Positions 47,451 to 57,677 of a stretch of DNA of 64,000 nucleotides are shown here, one piece after another. The stretch covers positions 1,257 through 65,256 of the forward strand of contig CAMPNZ010000001.1 of NCBI GenBank assembly GCA_946892075.1, given 5' to 3'. This DNA is from an uncultured Coriobacteriales bacterium (GTDB taxonomy: Bacteria > Actinomycetota > Coriobacteriia > Coriobacteriales > Eggerthellaceae). Every line of letters starts with the position of its first letter. The first letter of the stretch is position 1. The notes below the pieces were generated by a model. That model searched no databases and was not told the origin of the DNA. It saw only the letters and a program-made list of their open reading frames with translations. Position numbers and translations under genes: made by a program.

Positions 47451-49544
47451 ATGAATGCATTAGCTCCGTTACTTTGTGCGTCACCTTGTACCGTTGCTCA
47501 TTTGCAACACCGCTATGAGGGGCGTTTGTGCACGCAACCTGGGGGCGTGCGTGTGTGTCATTCTTCGCAGGAGCTTTTTGCGTTGCTGCGCGATTTTCCC
47601 TGTTCAAATGTGTGGATTCTCGATCCAGTAGATATTGAGCCTATTAATGTAGCAGCGCGCGTTAAGCAGGAGTATCACGACGTGCGCGTTAGTTTAGTAG
47701 CGCAGCAGCTGGGTGGTTCGTTAAGGTCGCGCGCATACGCGGCTAATATCGATGCGTTGTGGGATTATACCTTACTGTTCAAGCACCTTGATGCGCTTGT
47801 GACGGGCGATAGCGCTTCCGAATCAAGGGCGCCTTACCAATCGGCACGTTCAGCGCTGCATAACGAAAATGCCTGCCAACAGCACTCGTTTGTTTGCGGC
47901 AATGTTCAGGAACATGCTATGGAGAAAACGCCTCAAACGATAGCGTCTACCAGCACCAGTGTTCAGGAATATCCCATGGATAGCGCTTTTCAAGCACCAG
48001 CGTTTGATGGCTGTCCTGTTTATGAAGACAGCATGGAAAGTGCCTGGAGCAGCTATCAAAACAGCAATGATTCTGACGCGTATGATTGTAACGATGCTTC
48101 GCTGGTGCACGCGATGCCAAGTTTTCCGGAACACTTTTATTGTCCTGATGAAGAAAGTGTGGCAGAACGATTCAGTGCTCCGCTGCGTGCGCAGCGTGAT
48201 GCGGCGCAGTACGTACCAGTAGCAAACATGCCGCCTGAGCTGAACATGCTGATGCATGAAGCGCCGCAGTTCACACCTGCAAGCGCGCAGCCAACAAGCC
48301 CGCAGCCTGCGAGCGCACAGCCAGCAAACATGCAGCCAGCGAGTGTGCATCCCACGAGTGCGCCGTCAGCAAGCACACAGCCAGCAAGCGTGCAGCCAGC
48401 AAACATGCAGCAAGCAAAGGAGTCGTCGCCACGTGTTTCGCATGCAAGCGCGCTGCCTGCGTCGAGCGTTCCCATGCAACAGGCGTCGCACTCTATGCCT
48501 GCATGTTCGCAAACAGACGCACACGATGTTCATTTTTCGGGAAATGTAATAGCCCTGCTCAGCGGCACTGGAGGCGCAGGAAAAAGCACACTGGCAGCAC
48601 TTTTGGCTTTGCAAGCAGCGCGTAGCGGAAAGCGTTGTGTGTTGCTGGATGCGTCATTGCAATTCGCCGATTGCGCGCCGCTTTTAGGCATCGAACATCC
48701 AACCACATATGCTTCGATGCTTCAGGTGCTTGGCATTCCCGATCCAGTTCAAAATAGCGGATCTGCGCAGTGCACGGACGTTTCTTCGTCATTACCTGCA
48801 CGTGCGTCTGTGCAGCATTTTCCGTTTATGTTTGCGGCAGCACATGACATGTCACTTGCGTCATCAGGCGCTGCGTTGACTTCTTGCACCAGCACTGCAT
48901 CACCTGCAACTACCGCCGCGCACGTCACCAACGCCGCCGACGCCACCGACGCAACCCGTACTGCTAACGCATTTGCCCAGCATATGCAGCATCTCGTACG
49001 CTCGCGTTTGCCCTTATGCGTTTCTCTGGGGGCGTCGCTTGAGTATGCCGAGCGCTATGAACCCGTTCTTCCTGTGTTAATCGAAGCGCTGTCTGAGGCT
49101 TTTGATGTGGTAGTTGTGAACACATCAAGCTATTGGAGCGATTTACACGCCTTGCTGTTAGAGAAAGCTGCGCAGCCGCTTATGCTTATCGACCAGCGCG
49201 TACAGTCGCTTAATGCCGCATGTCAGGTGGTTGATTTATGCACGCGGTGCGGCATTCCCACGCATTCAATTCGCTACGTGCTCAATAAGTACACGCGCAA
49301 AGGGCCGGTGTCGCTTGAGCGTGCGCGACACGCCTTAGGCGATGTTACGCTGCATAGTGTTAAGTATGGCGGCGCTGATGTTGAAACAAAATTGCTTGCA
49401 AGTTCAGGCGCGGCGGCGTTGGAGAACAAAAACCCATTGTGGTATGGGCTTAAGGAACTGGCTTGTGACATTATGCCCTCGCAACCGCAGCGCTGCGCGT
49501 CATTAGGTGCAGGTGGGTTTAACGCTTTAGAAGGACGTGGCTGA
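47451..49544 (+). CDS. tadZ: pilus assembly ATPase TadZ/CpaE (receiver-like N-domain, long disordered PAS-repeat linker, ParA/MinD-type ATPase)
   Basis: GAAAGGAA SD; C-terminal deviant Walker A (LLSGTGGAGKSTLAALLA); repeated QPASAQPANMQPASV linker. Confidence 0.75.
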   Translation: MNALAPLLCASPCTVAHLQHRYEGRLCTQPGGVRVCHSSQELFALLRDFPCSNVWILDPVDIEPINVAARVKQEYHDVRVSLVAQQLGGSLRSRAYAANIDALWDYTLLFKHLDALVTGDSASESRAPYQSARSALHNENACQQHSFVCGNVQEHAMEKTPQTIASTSTSVQEYPMDSAFQAPAFDGCPVYEDSMESAWSSYQNSNDSDAYDCNDASLVHAMPSFPEHFYCPDEESVAERFSAPLRAQRDAAQYVPVANMPPELNMLMHEAPQFTPASAQPTSPQPASAQPANMQPASVHPTSAPSASTQPASVQPANMQQAKESSPRVSHASALPASSVPMQQASHSMPACSQTDAHDVHFSGNVIALLSGTGGAGKSTLAALLALQAARSGKRCVLLDASLQFADCAPLLGIEHPTTYASMLQVLGIPDPVQNSGSAQCTDVSSSLPARASVQHFPFMFAAAHDMSLASSGAALTSCTSTASPATTAAHVTNAADATDATRTANAFAQHMQHLVRSRLPLCVSLGASLEYAERYEPVLPVLIEALSEAFDVVVVNTSSYWSDLHALLLEKAAQPLMLIDQRVQSLNAACQVVDLCTRCGIPTHSIRYVLNKYTRKGPVSLERARHALGDVTLHSVKYGGADVETKLLASSGAAALENKNPLWYGLKELACDIMPSQPQRCASLGAGGFNALEGRG

Positions 49545-49545
49545 T

Positions 49546-50889
49546 ATGGGGTTTTACGAGCGCGCGCAGGCGTATAAGCGCCTGCAAACTCCATTGATTG
49601 CGCACTCAGGCAGCGATGCGTCGCTTTACTATGCGCTGCGCAACGATCTTGAAGAGCAGCTTTCGGTTGACTATGTTATTGATTTAGCAAAGCGCAACAA
49701 AATGCAAGCTGAAGCCGAGGTGAAAAAAGCCTGTGAACAGCTGTTATTGCGTCCAGATTACAAGGCGCTTTCGGCGGCGCAAGCTCAGGCGCTTATTCAG
49801 GAGCTTGTATATTCTATCTTTGGACTAGGAATTATCGAGCCACTTATTGACGAGCCGGCGGTTACTGAAATTATGATTAACGGCACACAGGCAATTTTCT
49901 ATGAAGAAGCAGGTGTTTTGAAGCGCTATCCGCAAACATTTCGAACGAAAGAAGAAATTCGCGCGGTAATCGATAAAATTCTTGGACCGCTGGGACGTCG
50001 CGTTGACGAGCTTTCGCCTTTGGTTGATGCGCGTCTTCAGCAGGGGTATCGCGTGAATGTTGCACTTAATCCTATTGCGATGAACGGGCCCGTTGTTACC
50101 ATCAGGAAGTTTCCTGAGCACGTTATAACGCTGGATGATATGTGCGCTGCTGGCAGTGCCGAGTGGAGCGTTGCGCGCTGCTTGCAGTGGGCTGTTGAAA
50201 GCAAGAAAAGCCTTGCTGTGTGCGGTTCAACTGGCGCCGGTAAAACAACGCTTCTCAATGCGCTTTCTTGTTGCATTCCCAAAAGCGAACGCATCATTAC
50301 CATCGAAGATTCAGCTGAGCTGCGCTTTTTCGAGCATCCGCACGTAATTAGTCTTGAGGCGCGCCCACTAAATGCTGAAGGAAATGGGCTTATAACTATT
50401 CGCGATTTAGTTGCCAACGCGCTGCGCATGCGTCCCGATAGGATTGTTGTGGGCGAGTGCCGTGGCTCTGAAGCGCTTGATATGCTTCAAGCCATGAATA
50501 CAGGCCATGAGGGATCGCTTACCACGCTGCACGCCAATTCTCCTCACGATTCCATTTCTCGACTCATTATGATGGTGCGCTTTGGTATCGATTTGCCTAC
50601 CGATGTTATTAAAACGAGCATTTCTACGGCTTTAAAGCTCATTGTGCAGGTAAAACGGTCGGTTTCAGGTGGGCGCTACATCTCAGATATTGTGGAAGTG
50701 TTGCCTGCAATCCCGCAACAAGCGTGTCCGCTGCGTGAATTATACGTGCGAAATACCATGGATGAACAGGGAAGATGGCTTGCTGCACCCTCATGGCTTA
50801 GCGATGCGCGCGCGTGCGTAGGCGCCAAGAAGGAGGTGGAGGAATGGTACCAGAGAACGGGTTTGTCTTGTGCTTGCTTGAAGGCGTAA
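49546..50889 (+). CDS. tadA: Tad/Flp pilus secretion ATPase TadA/CpaF
   Basis: T2SS/T4P ATPase motifs (CGSTGAGKTTLLNAL, ITIEDSAELRF, His box HANSP). Confidence 0.9.
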   Translation: MGFYERAQAYKRLQTPLIAHSGSDASLYYALRNDLEEQLSVDYVIDLAKRNKMQAEAEVKKACEQLLLRPDYKALSAAQAQALIQELVYSIFGLGIIEPLIDEPAVTEIMINGTQAIFYEEAGVLKRYPQTFRTKEEIRAVIDKILGPLGRRVDELSPLVDARLQQGYRVNVALNPIAMNGPVVTIRKFPEHVITLDDMCAAGSAEWSVARCLQWAVESKKSLAVCGSTGAGKTTLLNALSCCIPKSERIITIEDSAELRFFEHPHVISLEARPLNAEGNGLITIRDLVANALRMRPDRIVVGECRGSEALDMLQAMNTGHEGSLTTLHANSPHDSISRLIMMVRFGIDLPTDVIKTSISTALKLIVQVKRSVSGGRYISDIVEVLPAIPQQACPLRELYVRNTMDEQGRWLAAPSWLSDARACVGAKKEVEEWYQRTGLSCACLKA

Positions 50890-51950
50890 GCATAATTGCT
50901 GTAAGCATTGCCGCGTTTTTGCTTGCTCGACATGTGTTTTTGTACGTGCAAGCAAGCGCACATGTGCAGCGTTATGTGGTTGGTAGCGCGGGGAGTATGG
51001 TGCAGGCGGGTGCTTGCGCGTTGCAATCAGCGCAAGGTAGCACCGCGCAGTCAGGCGCTTTCGCCGCGCAATCAGCGCAAGATAGTGTTGTGTACCAAAA
51101 CTCGCTTATAGCGCAGATTATGAGCGCCCTTGCACCGCTTCGCCCTGTTCCTTTTTCATATGTGGCATCGGCGCTTATCAAGAGCAAATCGTGCGGTGAC
51201 GTGTGTCGCTTCGTGTATCGCTTGCATCCAGCGCTTCACTGTTTTACGTGCGCAGAAACGATGCTTACGTGGTTGTGCGCGGCGCCGTTTGCTGCTGGGG
51301 TAATTGCGCTTGCCCTCAGCGGTCAATGGTCAAGCGCCGTTATCAGTGTTTGTGCTGCTAGTGCGGGAATTTATTTCGCTTTGAAACACGCATACGACAG
51401 CGCTCTTCGCCGCCAACGTGAAGCTATTCCTCAAGTGCTCGAACTGATGTCAGATAGTTTTTCGTGCGGATTTACGCTGCTGCAAACCTTTGAAAGCGTG
51501 TGCGCAAGCGATAACTGCCTGGTAAAAGACGTGTTCAAGCGTGCATTAAATGTGCTGCGCTTAAGTGGCGATACATCGCGCGCGCTTGACGTGCTGAAAA
51601 GCTCGCGGCTTGGAAATCACATGGCGTTTGTTGCGGTTGCGCTTCAAATTCAGCACATGTGCGGCGGTTCTTCGCATGGCGTTGTTCAAGCAGCCATGAA
51701 AAGCGCCCAAAACGAGCTGGCACTTGCGCGCAAACTAAGCACACAAACAGCGCAAGCACATTTGTCGGCGCGCATTGTGTGCGCGTTGCCGCTGGTGCTG
51801 CTAGCCTTATTTTCAGTAATTTCACCAGGCTTTCTTGACGCATATTTCAAAAGCATAACGGGAATTTTGATCTTTTGTACAGCACTTGGCATGCAAGCGC
51901 TTGGAATGTTTCTTGTGCATCGTATTTTGCAAATTCCCGAGTTGCGCTAG
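50844..51950 (+). CDS. tadB: Tad pilus inner-membrane platform protein TadB
   Basis: strong SD AGGAGGTGGAGGA before ATG 50844 (46-nt overlap with tadA; start uncertain); T2SS-F-family pattern. Confidence 0.7.
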   Translation: MVPENGFVLCLLEGVSIIAVSIAAFLLARHVFLYVQASAHVQRYVVGSAGSMVQAGACALQSAQGSTAQSGAFAAQSAQDSVVYQNSLIAQIMSALAPLRPVPFSYVASALIKSKSCGDVCRFVYRLHPALHCFTCAETMLTWLCAAPFAAGVIALALSGQWSSAVISVCAASAGIYFALKHAYDSALRRQREAIPQVLELMSDSFSCGFTLLQTFESVCASDNCLVKDVFKRALNVLRLSGDTSRALDVLKSSRLGNHMAFVAVALQIQHMCGGSSHGVVQAAMKSAQNELALARKLSTQTAQAHLSARIVCALPLVLLALFSVISPGFLDAYFKSITGILIFCTALGMQALGMFLVHRILQIPELR

Positions 51951-51963
51951 GGGGGAATGGAAG

Positions 51964-52971
51964 ATGGTTCAGGGCATTGTATCGGGGAAGACACATTTCG
52001 CGAACGAGCAGGCTGCATCCGTGGTGTCGGCGGCTGGTGCGTCGGCAACTGGCTCAAGGGCGGCTGGTGCGTCAGCAACTGGTGCGTCGGCAACTGGCCC
52101 ACGCTTTGCTGGCACAAGGTCAGCGAACGATACAGTGCGCGCAACTGGTGGTACGTGCTTTGGCACAGTGGACGCAGAAAAGCTGTATCGGCCTTATCTT
52201 CCCGCTGTGTTGAGGTACGTGCAAAAGCTTGCAAACACGCATCAAGAAAGCGTATGCATGCACGCCGCGCAACGTGTTCTGCCTGCCATGTTCAGCACGC
52301 AACGCAATCACTATCTGCATGAACAGCTGTCACGAACCTACCTTCGCGGCAAGCATATCGTTTCTGCATATTGGGAGGCCTACCTGCGTTGCGCCGTAGC
52401 AAGCGTACTTTCGGGCTTGTGCGTGGGGCTTATCGATTCGCCTCAAAGTGCTGCTATCGGAGCATGTAGCGGCCTTGTTCTTCATGTGTTGTTGTGGAAA
52501 AACGCGCTGAAAAAAGCCCAGCATCAGAAGGCGCAACACGCTGAAAAGCACTTATCCGAAATGCTTGAAGTGTTATCGCTGGGCTTAAAAAGCGGTCTTA
52601 CCTTTGACGTCAGCTTCAAGTTGTATGCCAGCAATTTTAGCGTTCCGTTTGCGCGCGATTGTTTGCGTGCGTACGACAGCTGGGCGTATGGCATGCAAAG
52701 TAGATCGCAGGCGCTTCAGGCACTTAGTGCTGCGTATGGTTCGCGCGAGCTACAGCGTGTTGTTACAAGCATTATTCGGTCGCTGCATTTGGGAAATGCG
52801 CTGGCTGCTACATTGCACTACGAGTCGAGCGTTTGTCGGGAAAAGCGCTGTTCGCAACTTGAGAAGCAGGTGCTGAAGGCGCCCATAAAAATGATGATTC
52901 CAACAGGCGCATTTATTTTGCCGGCCATGCTTATTTTGATTATGGCGCCGATGATTTTGAGCATGACGTAA
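51964..52971 (+). CDS. tadC: Tad pilus inner-membrane platform protein TadC
   Basis: second T2SS-F-family paralog immediately after tadB. Confidence 0.7.
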   Translation: MVQGIVSGKTHFANEQAASVVSAAGASATGSRAAGASATGASATGPRFAGTRSANDTVRATGGTCFGTVDAEKLYRPYLPAVLRYVQKLANTHQESVCMHAAQRVLPAMFSTQRNHYLHEQLSRTYLRGKHIVSAYWEAYLRCAVASVLSGLCVGLIDSPQSAAIGACSGLVLHVLLWKNALKKAQHQKAQHAEKHLSEMLEVLSLGLKSGLTFDVSFKLYASNFSVPFARDCLRAYDSWAYGMQSRSQALQALSAAYGSRELQRVVTSIIRSLHLGNALAATLHYESSVCREKRCSQLEKQVLKAPIKMMIPTGAFILPAMLILIMAPMILSMT

Positions 52972-53042
52972 GCGCTTGGTATAACAGCTTCACTGAAGCT
53001 TGTATGCAATAGAAATGGTCGTACTGATGAAAGGAGACAGAT

Positions 53043-53363
53043 ATGGTACAGCATCGGATAGAAAACACATGGGGCAGTAAAAATAACGCTCGAAGGAGTA
53101 CGCGAAGTATCTTATGCGCGCGTAACAGCGCTTTTCTTAGGCGCCCGATTCACGCGTGCTATGCGGCAGCCAACGAACGTTTACGCAGGTGGTATGCGCG
53201 TTTAAGCACGCAAGCTCGCATGCGCTCATGCGGGCAAGGCACTACTGAATACGCCATTATTGTGGGCGTTATCGTTGTTATTGCCATTGTTGCAATCGTT
53301 GGTTTTAAGCCAAAAATTCAAGCGCTGTGGGACGCTATTTCCAACGGACTTGGGTCGCTGTAA
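53043..53363 (+). CDS. flp: Flp-family type IVb pilin (first copy); annotated from the SD-supported ATG, with possible internal start at 53220
   Basis: Flp motif G-QGTTEYAIIVGVIVVIAIVAIVGF; AAGGAG SD 6 nt before ATG 53043 (59-codon leader) versus ATG 53220 (7-aa leader, no SD). Confidence 0.55.
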   Translation: MVQHRIENTWGSKNNARRSTRSILCARNSAFLRRPIHACYAAANERLRRWYARLSTQARMRSCGQGTTEYAIIVGVIVVIAIVAIVGFKPKIQALWDAISNGLGSL

Positions 53364-53575
53364 TGCCGCACCACGCCCGCGCGCACAAAACAAATTCCGG
53401 ACAAGCAACACTTGAGTATGCGCTGGTCACAGGAGCTCTCTTAGCGGTGTTGCTTGCACTTGGCGCTTTGTTTCACGCCTGCAATGAAGGCGTATTGGTG
53501 CAATATGCGCTTGATCACGCGTCGCACCGTATGCACCTGGAAGACGACGGCACCTTAAGCGTGTTGTGCTATTAA
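53363..53575 (+). CDS. flp: Flp-family type IVb pilin (second copy)
   Basis: TAATG overlap with previous gene; 13-aa leader MPHHARAHKTNSG then QATLEYALVTGALLAVLLALGAL (classic Flp prepilin). Confidence 0.65.
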   Translation: MPHHARAHKTNSGQATLEYALVTGALLAVLLALGALFHACNEGVLVQYALDHASHRMHLEDDGTLSVLCY

Positions 53576-53594
53576 CAAGGAAAGGAACAGCTCA

Positions 53595-54152
53595 ATGCAG
53601 TTTGCGTCTTTACATTCTGCACCTTTGCAACCTGCACCCTTGCAACCTGCACCTTTGCGGCGCGGCTATCGCTGCTTGCGCACGCGCGGCCAAAGCTGCG
53701 TTGAAGCTGCTTTTCTTCTTCCTGTGCTGTTAGTTTTTCTTCTAGTGCTGTTGCAACCTGCACTTATGCTGTATCATGCGCTCATTTTGGAAAACACGTG
53801 CCAAGAAGCGTGTCGTGTGTTGGCAACGTGCTCAAACGATCAAGACATGCGCGCGCTTGATAGTTTCATCACGCATCGCCTCCAGGCGCTTCCGGCGTTT
53901 TTTGCTGCTAGTGACGATGCTGATGAGCACCCCGATTGGAGCATCACCACGCAAGGCAATGCTGCCTCGCGCGAAGTGGGCGTAACGATTGAAGGCCAGG
54001 TGCGCGCGCTTCCCCTGGTTGGTGGCTTGTTTGCGGGTAGTTTTGGGGCAAGCAGCATTCCCATTAAAATTTCGCGCACGCTGGTTGCACATGCGAACTG
54101 GGAAACCAAACAGGGCATTGACGCTTCAAGCAGTGCAGGAGCGTGGTATTGA
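53595..54152 (+). CDS. tadE: TadE-like pilus assembly protein (pseudopilin)
   Basis: AAGGAAAGGA SD; RGQSCVEAAFLLPVLLVFLLVLL matches the TadE-like N-terminal motif. Confidence 0.65.
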   Translation: MQFASLHSAPLQPAPLQPAPLRRGYRCLRTRGQSCVEAAFLLPVLLVFLLVLLQPALMLYHALILENTCQEACRVLATCSNDQDMRALDSFITHRLQALPAFFAASDDADEHPDWSITTQGNAASREVGVTIEGQVRALPLVGGLFAGSFGASSIPIKISRTLVAHANWETKQGIDASSSAGAWY

Positions 54153-56410
54153 TGAGCGTTGTGAACATGGTATGTAAGCGCCTTTTCGCGTCGCATTTCC
54201 GCAGGCAACTTTCTGTGTTACATCTTTGCTTGCAACCTTTTGCCTTGCGTCGCACCCAGCGCCCTTCTGCATCGACATTGCCTCACAAGCATCAGTTTCA
54301 GCCTTGCCCACGCCCACGCGTCTTTGCTTTGCATCTTCACAAGCGCGATGGTGGTTTTACAACTTTTGGATGTGCGCTTGCCATCCTTATTAGCCTTACG
54401 CTTATTTTTTCGCAGCTTGAAATTTATCACGTGAACACGGCGTGTGCTGTTACGCAAGAGGTGGCCGATGTTGCTGCTTTAGGCGCAGCTCACGAAGTTG
54501 CGCGCTTCGTAAAAGTGGCACGCATATGCGATTCGGTTGTTCTAACACTTTCGGTATGCGGCGCGGCGTGCGCTGTTGTGGGGCTTATTTGTTTGTGTAT
54601 TCCGCCCGTATCTGCTGTTGGCACTACCTTGCTTAAAGCTGCTCACAAGTGCATCAGCATAAGCGACACGTTCTCGAAAAAAGCGTGCAAAGCGCTTGAT
54701 TCGTATCAAGATGCGCTTCCTTTTTTGTGTACGCTTAAAGTGTTGCAAACGGCGTACGCTAACAAGGGCGGCATGCATCGTAATGCGTATGCTGGCCTGG
54801 CGTTTTTGCTGCCATCTGATGGCAAAATGCTCTCACGCGAAGAATCTTCATTGGGCACACAGCAGATAGAAAAGCTCGACGAGTACAAAAAGCCGCTGAA
54901 AGAAATGGGCGAAGCGATGTCAAAGAAGCGTCGCGCGTGTGACCAGGCAAAATTGCGTGCGTTTCAGGCTGATTGCGGAGGCTCTGAGCATCCATCAAGC
55001 ATGTATGAACGTGCGCGCGCGTTGGGAGATGTTCCTGCGTATCGAAATCCGCAGTACACAAGCGTTGATGCGTGGAATTTTTCGTGTGCGTTGCAGCGTA
55101 CACAAGCGTATTACGAAGCCCGCGAACGCATGGAATACTCTCGTTCGAGCAATCCAGATGAGCAGGCTCAATCGTATGCGCGTTTGTGCTTTTATCGCTA
55201 TATGGTGCAACAGCTTCAGCAGTCCTACATCCATGAAACAGACGATAGTTTTAGCGCGTCACTTCCTTTTATCCCCCGTAATACGCATCAAATGCGAACG
55301 ACGTCGCTGTATACCGACGCCTTGTTTCCTGTGTTCAAAGACGAAGACGGCTTCGATGTGTTTTGCGCGTATCCAGGGGCTCCTGGCTCAAACGAAGCGT
55401 ATCGCTATGGTTCGCTTGAAGAATTTGAAGCAACGCGCGCGCCAAGTTCGCCAGCAGGGGTGTTACGCGTATCTGACATGGGGAAAGTGGCTGCTGCGTC
55501 AAGTGCTATCAACAACGGCTTCGAGTTCTATTTTACGCAATTTATCAATGCAACGCGCGATTATGAAAAGCATGCACGCGACCTTAAGCCCTTGCAACAA
55601 AAAACGAAACACAAGCTTGATGGTGCATTTGGTGAAGTAGTAAAGCTTGTTAAAAGCATCAAAGACCGAAGAATTTATCCCTATCCGCCGGGGCGCGATG
55701 GAGTGTGTTGCGCGCTTATTAACACGTCAAGCGTGTCGCTGCACTCGTTATTTAGCAGCCCTTTTATCAAAAAAGACACTGTTATCAAGCAACGCTTTGC
55801 GCTTTCGGCAGCTACCTTGGTGCGCGATGAAGATGCTACGCCGTCGTTTTCATCGGCTATGCAGGGTTTTAGCAATCGAGCTTCAAGTTTGTTTGCGGGC
55901 GTGCCGCTGGTGCTGAATTGCTGGCTTAGCCTGGTGAATTTATACGGAACAGGGCAAGACATGCTTATATCTGGCATTGAGCACATGTTTGATGGTGTTC
56001 CTTTGCTGAACACGACGGGCATCGGACGCTGGGCAGCGCAGCGTTTTAAGAGCCTCATCTGCGATTTAGGGTTCGACAAAATAGACATGGCTCCCTGGCG
56101 TGCCGTAAGCGTGAATTCGCGCATCGTGCTGCAAAGCGCTACTGATGGCGTGCCGCTGGTGTTGCGTCGTATAAAAGAAACGATGTTTATCAACGAGCAC
56201 GACAAAATACGCATCTTGCTTGACATGTTTGGTAAGAGTTCAGACCTATTTGATGGCAGTGCGGCCGACAGTGCGCATGGGGGAGGCGATGCTTCTTTGC
56301 CTGGTAGCGTTGGTGGCGAAACGTTTGATGCTTTGCGTGAGCGCGTAAAAGATGTTATCCCTGATGGCGATGCGCTTATTGCGCTGTTGTCTGACGGCTT
56401 AAGAGAGTGA
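54152..56410 (+). CDS. large TadG-like pilus-associated protein (752 aa)
   Basis: ATG overlaps tadE stop (TGATG); N-terminal RDGGFTTFGCALAILISLTLIF resembles the Tad/TadG N-terminal domain; rest has no recognisable domain. Confidence 0.5.
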   Translation: MSVVNMVCKRLFASHFRRQLSVLHLCLQPFALRRTQRPSASTLPHKHQFQPCPRPRVFALHLHKRDGGFTTFGCALAILISLTLIFSQLEIYHVNTACAVTQEVADVAALGAAHEVARFVKVARICDSVVLTLSVCGAACAVVGLICLCIPPVSAVGTTLLKAAHKCISISDTFSKKACKALDSYQDALPFLCTLKVLQTAYANKGGMHRNAYAGLAFLLPSDGKMLSREESSLGTQQIEKLDEYKKPLKEMGEAMSKKRRACDQAKLRAFQADCGGSEHPSSMYERARALGDVPAYRNPQYTSVDAWNFSCALQRTQAYYEARERMEYSRSSNPDEQAQSYARLCFYRYMVQQLQQSYIHETDDSFSASLPFIPRNTHQMRTTSLYTDALFPVFKDEDGFDVFCAYPGAPGSNEAYRYGSLEEFEATRAPSSPAGVLRVSDMGKVAAASSAINNGFEFYFTQFINATRDYEKHARDLKPLQQKTKHKLDGAFGEVVKLVKSIKDRRIYPYPPGRDGVCCALINTSSVSLHSLFSSPFIKKDTVIKQRFALSAATLVRDEDATPSFSSAMQGFSNRASSLFAGVPLVLNCWLSLVNLYGTGQDMLISGIEHMFDGVPLLNTTGIGRWAAQRFKSLICDLGFDKIDMAPWRAVSVNSRIVLQSATDGVPLVLRRIKETMFINEHDKIRILLDMFGKSSDLFDGSAADSAHGGGDASLPGSVGGETFDALRERVKDVIPDGDALIALLSDGLRE

Positions 56411-56416
56411 TGTGCG

Positions 56417-56998
56417 ATGGTAGAACAACGTTTGCACAGAACATTTTTCGCGCGCATGGTGGCGGCGTTTGGGCTGAAAATGGTGGTGGAGATGGCGGTG
56501 TTAGCGGTACGCATGGTGGTTCGCATGGTGGCGGGCTGGTGGAGAAAGAAGCGCGGACATGGGCTTTTATGCACCCAACCACGAAGGAGCACATGCGGGC
56601 AAATGACTATCGAGTGCGCCATCTGCTTTCCGGTTCTTATTGCACTTGCGCTGGTGAGCTATAACGCAATGAGTTTCATATGTGCATGCAGTGAATTTGA
56701 TCGGCAATTTTGCGAAGAAGTGCGCATTCACGCAAGCTCGCTTGATGCGTACAGCACGGTTACGAGCGTGTGCGATGACATTAATGAAGCTATGAACACG
56801 CATTACGTGCCGCCTGAAAACCGCATCATAACAGCACGTGAACAGGGGCTTGGCATAGTGCGGTTCACCGGGGAGATGATTTTCGAGCCAACGCTTTTTG
56901 GCAATCGCGTGTTGCAAGGTATGGGTTTCGCACAGTTGCCATCATTGCATCACACCATTTCATTAGCGTGTTCATGCATGAAGCTTGACGCATTGTAG
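56417..56998 (+). CDS. second TadE/TadF-like pseudopilin (start uncertain)
   Basis: contains GQMTIECAICFPVLIALALV prepilin-like motif preceded by a basic leader. Confidence 0.45.
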   Translation: MVEQRLHRTFFARMVAAFGLKMVVEMAVLAVRMVVRMVAGWWRKKRGHGLLCTQPRRSTCGQMTIECAICFPVLIALALVSYNAMSFICACSEFDRQFCEEVRIHASSLDAYSTVTSVCDDINEAMNTHYVPPENRIITAREQGLGIVRFTGEMIFEPTLFGNRVLQGMGFAQLPSLHHTISLACSCMKLDAL

Positions 56999-57020
56999 CG
57001 TACGGAAAAAGGAGAGAAAC

Positions 57021-57677
57021 GTGATTGCGAAACCATTCAAAGACGTCGCTGGCGTACTAAAGGCGCATGCGCGTGGCATAGTGGGAGCATTTGTGTGCAT
57101 TTGCGCAGGTGGATGCCTTATAGCGTACGCGTGTTCAAACGCATGGCCTTGGCGCTTTATGCAAGAGCCTGAAGCAAACTCATCGAACGCATTGGCACTT
57201 GTTTCTGAACGTACGCAAGCATCAATGCAGGCGTATCAGGCATACACGTCCACGAAAGAAGCTTGTGAACAGGCACTTTATAAGGCAATTTCACTGCCAC
57301 CAAGCGCGTATGGATATCTGTGCTACAACCGCGTTATTTCCTTCAGTATGCCCTGTTCAGCTGAGAAAGCGCAACAGCAGTTGCGCGCGTGTGTTGCGCA
57401 TGCGGCTGGCGAAATAAACGAGCTTGCGCTTGACGGCGCTGCGTCAAATGTGTTGATTGCTCGTGTTCCTGTTTTGCGTGAAGATGCGCCGCCAGGCACA
57501 AGATCGCAGCAAAAACGCGCGGGTATAACGCAGCAGCAATCGGGTTCGAGCGTGCAGCGCAATCAAGACAACATAAGCGCAGGTAAGCATTTGGTTTTAA
57601 CAATGTCGTTTACAACAAACGGCGATCATTGTGTTGTTGTAATACAAAGTCGTACGTCAGGAGGAAAGCATGGTTAA
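57021..57677 (+). CDS. hypothetical membrane-anchored protein in tad locus
   Basis: GTG after AAAGGAGAG; single TM (GIVGAFVCICAGGCLIAYA); no known domain. Confidence 0.4.
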   Translation: MIAKPFKDVAGVLKAHARGIVGAFVCICAGGCLIAYACSNAWPWRFMQEPEANSSNALALVSERTQASMQAYQAYTSTKEACEQALYKAISLPPSAYGYLCYNRVISFSMPCSAEKAQQQLRACVAHAAGEINELALDGAASNVLIARVPVLREDAPPGTRSQQKRAGITQQQSGSSVQRNQDNISAGKHLVLTMSFTTNGDHCVVVIQSRTSGGKHG

